Positions 7,860-15,681 of a stretch of DNA of 64,000 nt are shown in pieces. Below the pieces are notes generated by a model. That model made no database searches, had not been told where the DNA came from, and was given only the letters and a program-made list of their open reading frames with translations. The position numbers and the translations under genes are program-made. This stretch comes from SAR202 cluster bacterium bin22 (lineage in GTDB: Bacteria; Chloroflexota; Dehalococcoidia; Lucifugimonadales; UBA3495): the NCBI GenBank assembly GCA_002238505.1, contig MPMM01000008.1, positions 34,589 to 98,588 of the forward strand, given 5' to 3'. Within the stretch, counting starts at the first letter, position 1; every line of letters starts with the position of its first letter.

Positions 7860-8891
7860 TTATCCGAATCGGCCCCCTCTCAGCTGGCTGGGTTGCTCAG
7901 GTCGGGTGTAGCCACGCTGGTTAGGTCGCAAAGGGTACCGGTTGCCAAAAAGCTGTTGCCAGCGCTGTGCGCTTTCGGCGGAACTGGTACTATTCATTGC
8001 CTGCCGAGCCACCTTGGCAGCCTTCTGGGACTTCCCGTGAAACTGGTCAAAGTCCTGACCGGTGATGCGCTTCATAACATTCTGCTCAGGCACACCGCGG
8101 TCCGGCGAAAAAGGGACCTGGCCCGAACTGGCGAACATTTGGTATCGCCGGTCAATTTCTTCGACGGTTTCCGTGAAGGCCTGGGCCAGGCTGGTGACCC
8201 CATCGGGGCAACAATCGCCGACGATGTGCTCCAGCGGGTAGCTTTTGGGATATTCCTGCTCCGGATGCTGGGACTGCCACCACCACTTGACCAGCCGCAC
8301 CACTGGCGTGTAATGGCCATTTGTCTTACTGTTCTTCTCCTGCGTCCACCTGATCTGCTCCCTGGGATGTGTGCGTTGCCAGTTGTGGGCCTCCCTGTCA
8401 GGAATCCACAGAGGTTCAGTCTTCCACTCCTGGCTGCCGTTCAAGGAGTCCAAGCCGGCGTACTCTTGCGCGAGTTCCGCCAGCAGGAGCCGCTCTTCCG
8501 TTTCAGACGGAGCTGAGGTGAGCACCACATCCAGCTTTACGCGAGCCATTTCGATGCCGATAGAACGGCCTTTCTTCTTCCATCTGCCGGGGTAGTGTCG
8601 GTTCAGGAAGGGAACCAGCAGATTCATCGCCTGTTCCGGGGTGAATTTGTGCCGGTCGACCCGGGTAACCACTACCACATCCACGTCCGGCTTGTCACCG
8701 CCTTCTGGACGTATACTGGTGTGGCGCCGGTAGCTGCCCTGGAGGAAGGTCTCAACAATCAGCGATTTAAGATCCTCGTCCGCCATGAGTCGTTCTCGAA
8801 GGCGGATATGAGCGTCCCGCAGTGCGCTCTGTTGAGTGTCAGTAGGGCTGATTTCGCTCACCAGTTCTCTCAATTGGTCGTTCAATTCCAT
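7860..8891 (-). CDS. CBASS CD-NTase (cGAS/DncV-like nucleotidyltransferase)
   Basis: 'FLQGSYRRHTSIRPEGGDKPDVDVVVV' (G52-S53, D69xD71) and 'KLDVVL' (D121). The C-terminus ends '...QLRGGRFG', a terminal Gly as expected for Cap2-dependent conjugation. GGAGG RBS (complement of 8897-8901). First gene of the operon. Confidence 0.8.
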   Translation of the reverse strand: MELNDQLRELVSEISPTDTQQSALRDAHIRLRERLMADEDLKSLIVETFLQGSYRRHTSIRPEGGDKPDVDVVVVTRVDRHKFTPEQAMNLLVPFLNRHYPGRWKKKGRSIGIEMARVKLDVVLTSAPSETEERLLLAELAQEYAGLDSLNGSQEWKTEPLWIPDREAHNWQRTHPREQIRWTQEKNSKTNGHYTPVVRLVKWWWQSQHPEQEYPKSYPLEHIVGDCCPDGVTSLAQAFTETVEEIDRRYQMFASSGQVPFSPDRGVPEQNVMKRITGQDFDQFHGKSQKAAKVARQAMNSTSSAESAQRWQQLFGNRYPLRPNQRGYTRPEQPSQLRGGRFG

Positions 8892-8976
8892 CTATACCTC
8901 CTGGGAATGCGATTAGCAATATGTTGTAGTTGAAGTGCCTGTCAAGCAGTTACACCAACGTGCAGCCAATTAATAA

Positions 8977-8990
8977 GTAGTTTGAACTAC
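8977..8990. promoter_or_regulatory. perfect palindrome GTAGTT-TG-AACTAC in the CBASS / crp-like divergent spacer (candidate operator)
   Basis: Seen directly. Additional half-sites are GTAGTT (8926-8931) and GACTAC (9008-9013), and there is a TTGA-TG-TCAA palindrome (8998-9007). The 201-bp spacer is AT-rich. Confidence 0.3.
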
Positions 8991-9092
8991 ATACCTATTG
9001 ATGTCAAGACTACTATATAATTAGAGCAAGCATCTCTTCCCCAATGCGGTAGTGAACGCTATAATTGGCTCCAGCATCGAGGAGGTTGAAGT

Positions 9093-9857
9093 GTGATGCC
9101 TGTTGAGATCACTGGATTCGCTCAAGCCCTCGCTCGTTGTCCCGACTTTGCTGCAGTCGATCCGCTGGAATTGGAGGGCGTACTCACGGAAGCAACCGAA
9201 CCGCTTGAGATGGAATACGCCGGCGCCTCCGCAGATTCGCCATTGATACGGTCAGGGTCGCTGTTTACTCATGTGCTCTTCGTGCAGCACGGAACGTTGG
9301 CTCCATGGCAGTATCCGTACTCACAGCTGGAAGCCCCCTTCTTAATTGGTGACCACGAATTCCTGATGGACGCCGAGCGTTGGGTCGCAAGCTATTCGGC
9401 CGTGACCGAAGCCATAGTTGTGTGGATTCCCGTAGCCTGGATGAGACTTGTGGTAGACCGGTTTCCAGGTGTCGGAGAACAAATGCACCAACTGGTCATG
9501 CGCCGCCTCGCGCGTTTCTATTGGACGTCGCTAGCTACCAGTGGTACTCCCTCCTCTCGTGTGGCTGCGGCGCTGGTTTCCAGGCTCGCCCTCCTGGGCA
9601 GCGACTACGGCCAAGACCGCACCATCTCAATCAGGCAGAGGGACCTCACCCGTCTTACGACAATGTCTCGCTCCGCGGTCGCAGATGGGCTGGCCACCTT
9701 GGTGGAAGGACACGCGATCCGCCTGGGCGGCGACCGTCCGTCAAGATTTTCGGGAGTCGTGTTGGTTCCAGAAGTTGACCTGTTGAAGGATCATGCGTTT
9801 GCAGAGGTGCGCGACAGGGATATCCGGTCTCTGCTCGCTCAACCCGATGATGAATGA
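9093..9857 (+). CDS. Crp/Fnr-family transcriptional regulator (cNMP-binding-like barrel + wHTH)
   Basis: The N-terminal ~130 aa fit the beta-barrel layout ('LFVQHGTL..FLIGDHEFL..AVTEAIVVWIP'). The C-terminal part 'RVAAALVSRLALLG...ISIRQRDLTRLTTMSRSAVADGLATLVEGHAIRL' is a Crp-type HTH. GAGGAGG RBS at 9079-9085. Divergent from the CD-NTase. Confidence 0.7.
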   Translation: MMPVEITGFAQALARCPDFAAVDPLELEGVLTEATEPLEMEYAGASADSPLIRSGSLFTHVLFVQHGTLAPWQYPYSQLEAPFLIGDHEFLMDAERWVASYSAVTEAIVVWIPVAWMRLVVDRFPGVGEQMHQLVMRRLARFYWTSLATSGTPSSRVAAALVSRLALLGSDYGQDRTISIRQRDLTRLTTMSRSAVADGLATLVEGHAIRLGGDRPSRFSGVVLVPEVDLLKDHAFAEVRDRDIRSLLAQPDDE

Positions 9858-9880
9858 ACAACGTGCGCCGAACCCTGGGC

Positions 9881-10521
9881 CTACGTACATTCAAGAGCAA
9901 ATCTGTTGACCGCAGTTGGACAGGCCCGGGGAGGAATTAAGCGAGAGTCCTGCAACGCATGCGAGCGAAACGGACACCCGTTTCGTTGATCCTTCCACCA
10001 CTGTTGAACAATGTCCCGCGGCATTCCTAACAAGGAGCTCCGCCACCATTCGAAGATAACCAAGTCCTTGGTCGTTGCCGCGTAAGTGGAATTTGCCAGG
10101 AACCAGAACCCTACACCCCTTTGAGGTGCGACTTCGATTAACTGGGAAACGTAGGTCAAGCCCCGCGCAACCCGGTCGAAGTAGTTAACCACCAGAATTT
10201 CTCCCACACCAGGTCCAGCATCTCTAATTGTCTGTACCAGGCGGTTCTTCCTCGGCTGTCCTCATTGCCTAGAATGTTGCCGATGGGGCGGCCGGCGTGT
10301 ACCCACTACCCCATGAGCAGCCGGGGTGGTTGACGCCACGGTCGCCTGACCGTAACGCGGGAATAATCAAGAAAGGCGGTGATTCCCTGCGCCTGGCTGA
10401 AATACCCAAAGTATAATTTCCCTCCAAGGGTGATTAAACCGGATTTTCCAGCCATCCACTCAGCTACAACGTGTGAGGATTTACAGCCATGGCTGTAAAC
10501 AGGGCTGTTTCCAGCTACCAA
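9881..10521 (-). pseudogene. serine recombinase (resolvase/invertase) remnant
   Basis: The 9881-10300 frame reads '..RTAWYRQLRDAGPGVGEILVVNYFDRVARGLTYVSQLIEVAPQRGVGFWFLAN..', matching the resolvase catalytic-core pattern. However, there is an in-frame stop near 10303, no catalytic-Ser N-terminus in frame, many odd Trp substitutions and no C-terminal HTH. The upstream ORF 10306-10521 is in another frame. Confidence 0.5.
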
Positions 10522-11041
10522 TTATCTAACCACTGGGCTCCACGAGAATTGCGGCGGAGCCGGCGGGGCAAGGTAGCAGGTACCTAATGGTGTCGAGATG
10601 TAGGCCTCATGGCCTACGGGCCGGGGAAATTGGGAGGGTCGAGGACTGGCTATTCAATAGAGTGGAAAGTTCCGTGAACAATCTGCCACCAATGAAGTTT
10701 CGAGTCCACTCAGTCCCATCACCGGAACAGTTGTTCGTGCCATTGGTTTGAGCATCTCGGATCATAGTTTAACTCTACTCCGATCGTGTCCAAATAACCG
10801 GGTCCACCTCAAACGGCTGAACTCTTCAATGATCAAAGTGGCTTCGTCCGACCTCCTCTCCACGTTTAGAGCGGCAGGGAAATATCCAACCGAATGATTT
10901 AAAATGCAGTATTGATTCGTGCGGTGTTCATGTTACATGAAGAAAGGTGGAATATTGGCAATTGTCTCTCTTCCATCTGGGTGACATTTCCAACAAAAAA
11001 GTGAATGCCAGCATAAAATCCAGCGCTATCCCAGGTTTATA

Positions 11042-11932
11042 ATGCAAACGACTAGCACAATCGGTAACGGCAATTACATCATTCAGATTCAGGGCGATGG
11101 AATTTCCGTCGTTACTGGTTTACCACATCTGGAATTGACTCGTCGCCGTGGCCTAGCCAGTTATATTGGGACGGACCCTGGTACCGGTAAGCCATGCGAA
11201 ATCGACGTAATCCGCCCCCTCACTCGCAGCATTGATATGGTGGGCCGCGAGGCGGAATTAGCCGACTTGCGCGCTTGGCTGTACTTGGAGAAGCCTATTT
11301 CAGTGCGGGTAATCACCGGTGGCGCCGGCTATGGCAAGACTCGTTTGGCTTTGGAACTGATCGAGGAGATGGTACCGCAAGGCTGGCGTGCTGGTTTCCT
11401 GACTCGGGCGGAGATGAAGCGGTTTCGCGAACAACGGGACCTACGGGGTTGGGGCTGGAATGCGCCGATTTTGGCGGTAGTGGACTACGCCTCGGCCAGT
11501 ACTCGCGAACTCCATGCCTGGCTAAAGGAATTGGAAGACAACTCGGTCTGGGACGGGGCTGAGGCAAGTAATGGATTTCCACTACGCTTGTTACTGCTGG
11601 ATCGCCAAGCGGAACCCGGTGGTGGGTGGTGGGCAGAGGTGTTCGGGATTGGCGACGATGCAGCAGTGTTTGAGAGATTGGTCGTTCCGTCTGAACCCGT
11701 GGCCATGCGATCACTGGATAACGCCAACCAGAGACGGGCTATTCTGACAAAGACCTTGGAGAGACTCGGCAGCACGGTGATGTTGCCAGCGCCAGGCGAC
11801 GATTCGGATTTCGACCGCCGTCTCGCAGAGTTGACCTGGGCGGGTGTGCCACTGCTGCTGATGCTCGCTGCCGCCACCGCGGCGCGAGAAGGTTTCGGTC
11901 AGGTACTGGCAATGTGCCGTTGGGGTTCATAA
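11042..11932 (+). CDS. P-loop NTPase, STAND/NACHT-like, apparently C-terminally truncated
   Basis: Walker A 'ITGGAGYGKTRLALELIEE' and Walker B-like 'ILAVVDYA'. The N-terminus 'GNGNYIIQIQGDGISVV' is typical of STAND leader segments. Only 296 aa, with no sensor repeats, followed by non-coding or decayed DNA. Confidence 0.55.
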   Translation: MQTTSTIGNGNYIIQIQGDGISVVTGLPHLELTRRRGLASYIGTDPGTGKPCEIDVIRPLTRSIDMVGREAELADLRAWLYLEKPISVRVITGGAGYGKTRLALELIEEMVPQGWRAGFLTRAEMKRFREQRDLRGWGWNAPILAVVDYASASTRELHAWLKELEDNSVWDGAEASNGFPLRLLLLDRQAEPGGGWWAEVFGIGDDAAVFERLVVPSEPVAMRSLDNANQRRAILTKTLERLGSTVMLPAPGDDSDFDRRLAELTWAGVPLLLMLAAATAAREGFGQVLAMCRWGS

Positions 11933-12280
11933 TCTTCCGCCTGATTGCCCTGTCCAAAAGGAAGACTTGCTTTGACCCGCAAAAGTCCGGTAACATAGGC
12001 ATGACAAGGTTCCTTTGGGTAAGGGGTTCCTGTTATTTGCCCTTCAAGTGTTGAAGCCCTTGAAGGGCGTCTTCATTTAGAGCCTTTCAAGTTCCAGCCC
12101 TGCCGGCAAATCCGCTCTTGACCGGGATCAGGCCAGATTAGCAGTCAATCCTATTCCTCGGACAATCGGCTCTTGCTTAAGTTTGAAACGAAATCAGTGG
12201 ATCACCTGGCTGGCTACTTTCGGGGTTGCTAAGACTGCTCTGTATAGCCTGCAAGAGTTCGTGGAGGTGAATTCGGGATC

Positions 12281-12469
12281 ATGACCTATATTTGTGAAGT
12301 ACCCCTGAAGGAAGCACGGGAAGATTTAGAACGGCTGGCAAACACCTTGGGAGAACAGGGGAACCCTGAGGAACTGGCAACCATCATCCGGTCCCTGCAG
12401 GACAATCACAAGGCTGCCACATTCCTTCTGAAGCAAATGCTTCACCAATACGCTCGAACCATCCGCTAA
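12281..12469 (+). CDS. hypothetical small protein (62 aa)
   Basis: ATG is preceded by GGAGGTG at a suitable distance. Helical, charged composition. No recognisable family. Confidence 0.35.
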   Translation: MTYICEVPLKEAREDLERLANTLGEQGNPEELATIIRSLQDNHKAATFLLKQMLHQYARTIR

Positions 12470-12532
12470 ATCGATTTATTTCAATGTGATACAGGTGCTT
12501 GACACTTTAGCGGCCCTCGCTATGATCCGGCT

Positions 12533-12870
12533 ATGGTCAGGAAGCTATCACACACCCAACGTTCTCAAATACTCCACTTGCTCGTTGAATGGAACTCCCT
12601 TCGGGCCACTTCCCGGATAATGGGCGTATCCATCAACAGCGTTACCAGCCTGCTGGTCTTGGCCGGTGAGACTTGCGCTACCTTCCACGATGAGACAGTC
12701 AGGGGCGTGAAATCCAAGATCATCCAAGGCGATGAAATCTGGAGCTAACTGTACTCAAAGGACAAGAACGTAGATAAGGCCATAGCTGAACCTGCGGAGG
12801 CCGGTTCGCTCTGGACCTAGACTACCTTGGTGGACTCGAACCAGAAGCTCTTGGGACCGCGCAACCACAT
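12533..12870 (+). mobile_element. IS1-family transposase remnant (pseudogene)
   Basis: 'SQILHLLVEWNSLRATSRIMGVSINSVTSLL' resembles the IS1 InsA-type HTH. '..IQGDEIWS' lies at the first DDE Asp region and is followed by TAA (12746). The same frame continues 'LYSKDKNV..AGSLWT*TTLVDSNQKLL' with a second stop. The rest of the DDE domain is missing and no terminal IRs were identified. Confidence 0.5.
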
Positions 12871-13016
12871 TCAGGCAGGGACTTCCTCAAGTTACTATGC
12901 CTGGATTATTCAATCCTAACTTATATCGACTAATCCTAAGGGACCTCCTGCTAATCTTGAATTCTCTATCGCTCTGACACCCCTCGTAGTTTTGTCCAGA
13001 ATCCATACTTGTTTGC

Positions 13017-14285
13017 TCAGTGAATGGTGCCGGACGCAGTTTTAGCCTTTTTGGTTATTCTCTTTTTGCCTCTTCGCCAACTACGCATGACTGGCATTGG
13101 TTTGGGTATCACAAAATTGGCCCAGCCTTGCATCAAGGACCTTCTCTTGTTAAATAGGTCACTCCTGGCGTAGGCCGTCTCCGTAGAATTACCCAGATTA
13201 TGGGCCAGAGCCGCCTCCCCTATTGCCCAGGGCGTGTCCGTCTGCTCCATGACCCAATCTCGAAAGCTGCTGCGGAAGCCGTGGGCCACGGCGGGAATTT
13301 CCAGCCGCCTGAGCAGGGTGGTGTAGGTCATGTCCGATAGTGGGCCGCCGTTCCTGCTGCCTGGAAACACCAGATCTCCGCACTCGAGCGCCAACTTCCT
13401 GGCCTCATCCAATATTCCCAAAGCCTGCCACGATAGTGGTACTCTGTGCTCCTTCCTTGCCTTCATGCGGTCTGCGGGAACGGTCCAAGTTTTGGAGTTC
13501 AAATCAATCTCAGACCACGAAGCCTTCCTCACTTCTCCGGAACGGGCTGCGGTAAGCACCAGGAACTCAAAGGAGAGTCGGGTCACTGCAGCGGCATTGG
13601 ATTTCCGCACTTTATCCAGGGCAGATGCGACTTCGGAGTAAGGTAGCGCCTGGTAGTGTTTCCTGGATTTAGTCCGCGGTGGCAAAACTCTGGTGATGGA
13701 CTTTCCCGCGGGATTATCGTCCCTCCACCCCTGGGCTATGGCCAAATCCAATACCGTTTCCATCCGCTGCCGAACTCGGCTGGCCGTCTCGGGTTTGGTG
13801 TGCCATATGGGAGTGAGGACCTGAAGGACATCCCCGCTGTTGATATCAGCCACCTTCCTGTTACCCAATACGGGGAATGCGTAAGTGGTCAGGGTATTCC
13901 GCCACTGAGCGGCGTGCTTGGCATTGGACCAGGTGGGGGCTCTCAGGACGATGACCTCCTCAGCAGCCTGGGCGAAGCTGGGACAGGAAGGCCGGCTCAG
14001 TTCAAGGGCTGCTTGATGTTTATCCGCCAAGGGGTCCAGCCCCTGCTTGATGGCTCTCTGATTTGAAGCAGCCTTCTCTCTGGCGTCTGCCAGTGACACC
14101 GACCCGAGGCTGCCCAAGCCGATGTTGTGGCGTTTGCCCTTGATGGTGACGCGTTGGACCCAATGTTTGGACCCGGACCGTTCCACCCGGAGAGTGAGGC
14201 CGTTGCCATCGGAATACTGTCCGGGTTCCGAAACAGTCCTGACCTGGGCGGCGGAAAGTCTGTGGGTTGGCGGCATGGGGTACAC
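13017..14285 (-). CDS. int: tyrosine integrase, P4-like (DUF4102 N-terminus)
   Basis: 'LSAAQVRTVSEPGQYSDGNGLTLRVERSGSKHWVQRVTIKGKRHNIGLGSLGSVSLADAREKA' is a typical P4-type arm-binding N-terminus. The C-terminal catalytic region includes 'HGFRSSFRDW' and '..LAH....TETAYARSD'. It lies adjacent to the tRNA 3' end. Confidence 0.9.
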   Translation of the reverse strand: MYPMPPTHRLSAAQVRTVSEPGQYSDGNGLTLRVERSGSKHWVQRVTIKGKRHNIGLGSLGSVSLADAREKAASNQRAIKQGLDPLADKHQAALELSRPSCPSFAQAAEEVIVLRAPTWSNAKHAAQWRNTLTTYAFPVLGNRKVADINSGDVLQVLTPIWHTKPETASRVRQRMETVLDLAIAQGWRDDNPAGKSITRVLPPRTKSRKHYQALPYSEVASALDKVRKSNAAAVTRLSFEFLVLTAARSGEVRKASWSEIDLNSKTWTVPADRMKARKEHRVPLSWQALGILDEARKLALECGDLVFPGSRNGGPLSDMTYTTLLRRLEIPAVAHGFRSSFRDWVMEQTDTPWAIGEAALAHNLGNSTETAYARSDLFNKRRSLMQGWANFVIPKPMPVMRSWRRGKKRITKKAKTASGTIH

Positions 14286-14478
14286 CTCAAATCATCGTGG
14301 TGTCCCCATTATACAGCAACTGTATACCACTTTGTGTACCAACAATTAAGCGACTGCCCCGTATTTCGGGGGACTAATTGAGACTGCCTCGGAATCAGTA
14401 CTGGAGCTATTACGTACTAATACGTACGTACTGACACGGACAAAATGGAGGAAAACTTGGTTGAGGTAAATGAGACAG

Positions 14479-14570
14479 TGGCGGAGGGAGTGGGATTCGA
14501 ACCCACGATCCCAGTTTCCCAGGATAAGCGCTTAGCAGGCGCCCGCACTAGACCACTATGCGATCCCTCC
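14479..14570 (-). tRNA. tRNA-Ser (anticodon GCU)
   Basis: 92-nt cloverleaf read by hand on the minus strand: acceptor GGAGGGA/TCCCTCC, anticodon stem GGCGC/GCGCT with loop CU-GCU-AA, a long variable arm, T-arm GTGGG-TTCGAAT-CCCAC and an encoded CCA. Confidence 0.9.
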
Positions 14571-14658
14571 ACAAAGCGGATAACCAATATAGCAGATTGG
14601 GCGAATTGCAACAACAAGCCCCAACCCACGGCCCAGGGTCTTTCGATTTTCCAAGATG

Positions 14659-14900
14659 TCCCTTCCCCCTTGATGGGGGAAGGTTAGGATGGGGGTGAAA
14701 GTGCAAGGCAACGAGTCATCTGGCCGAAAAACGCCCCCCTCACCCTAACCCTCTCTCGCCAGGGGAGAGGGAAAATCGAAAGACCCTGAACCGGCGCCCT
14801 CAGGGTCTCTCGATTATTGTGGTAAAGTCTCTTCCACCGTTCGCCCTGAGCCCGTCGAAGGGCCGCCCGGAATGGTTCTACAAGCCCACCACAAACGGAC
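14659..14900. repeat. cluster of hairpin (REP-like) elements
   Basis: 'tcccttccccc-ttgat-gggggaagg ttaggatgggggtga' (14659-14697) has other copies at 31398-31437, 31633-31698 and 57060-57098. Other elements here are 'ccctctctcgccaggggagaggg', 'gaccctga..tcagggtc' and 'ccgttcgccctgagcccgtcgaagggccgcccggaatgg'. Confidence 0.8.
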
Positions 14901-15064
14901 CCGAGTAGTCGCCACCGACAATCGAAAGACTCTGCCCTGTGCCCTTCCAGACCTTGACGCTAGTGGCGGCATATTCTACACTGCATTCGGCTTGAACCGA
15001 TCTATTCAGCTTCCCGATTCAGCCGCCAATCTTCTGCTCGTTCAGATTGCCGAGTCGCCACTTT

Positions 15065-15577
15065 ATGAACCTCAAGGACTATATCCGAGACATCCCCGAC
15101 TTCCCCCAGCCGGGCATTCTCTTTCGCGACATTACTCCCCTTCTGCGCAACCCCGCTGCCTTCAATTACTCCATAGACCGCATGGCCGAAATGTGCCAGG
15201 CCTGGCCCGTGGACGCCATCGTTGCCATCGAGTCCCGGGGCTTTATTTTTGGCGCCCCCCTGGCCTGCCGCCTCGACAAGCCCTTCGTTCCCGTCCGCAA
15301 GGAAGGCAAGCTGCCGGGCGATACTATCGCCTCCGAATATTACCTGGAATACGGCTCCAACACCGTGGAAATGCACAAGGGCGATGTCGCGCCCGGTGAC
15401 CGAGTCGTCATCATAGACGACCTGCTGGCCACCGGCGGTACCCTGGCCGCCGCCGCCTCTCTCGTTGAAGAGTCTGGTGGCGAGGTCTCCGGCTTGGGCT
15501 TGCTCATTGAACTGGAAGCCCTGGGCGGTCGCAATGTCCTGGGCGCTTACGATATCTTCTCCCTTATCCAGTATTAG
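15065..15577 (+). CDS. apt: adenine phosphoribosyltransferase
   Basis: 'MNLKDYIRDIPDFPQPGILFRDITPLL' ... 'VVIIDDLLATGGTLAAA' (PRPP motif). ATG at 15065 is preferred over the TTG at 15047 given by the track. Confidence 0.9.
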   Translation: MNLKDYIRDIPDFPQPGILFRDITPLLRNPAAFNYSIDRMAEMCQAWPVDAIVAIESRGFIFGAPLACRLDKPFVPVRKEGKLPGDTIASEYYLEYGSNTVEMHKGDVAPGDRVVIIDDLLATGGTLAAAASLVEESGGEVSGLGLLIELEALGGRNVLGAYDIFSLIQY

Positions 15578-15681
15578 CCAGGGCGCAGGCCCCGCGTACG
15601 TCCCCCTGAAGCCCCGGCCAGCGCATCAACGCTGCCCCTTGTTAAAAAATTAGACCAACTAAGTACAGGAGGAAAAGTTTC

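Larger units (their letters stand above)
1..14478. mobile_element. genomic (defence) island integrated at the 3' end of tRNA-Ser(GCU); left end beyond window
   Basis: P4-type integrase lies directly next to the 3' end of the tRNA. GC is visibly lower than in the core to the right. Cargo is TA/CBASS/Abi-like genes plus recombinase and IS remnants. No copy of the tRNA 3' segment was found by eye inside 1-13000, so attL/attR is not defined. Confidence 0.7.

Noticed and set aside
11975-12000. RNase P RNA-like 'aaagtccgg' string.
   Set aside because: It is an isolated 9-mer. The surrounding sequence lacks the P4 partner and the length and structure of RNase P RNA, and it sits in decayed island DNA.
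12826-12850. tRNA-like T-arm 'tggtggactcgaaccagaag'.
   Set aside because: No acceptor, D or anticodon arms can be folded around it. It lies inside the IS1 remnant reading frame ('TTLVDSNQKLL').
14872-15399. Track ORF 14872-15399 and the N-terminal extensions of several track ORFs (16756, 21579, 23486, 31914, 41247, 48681, 60082).
   Set aside because: The extensions run through repeat DNA or the upstream gene. Internal ATG/TTG starts with good RBS give N-termini that match family consensus.
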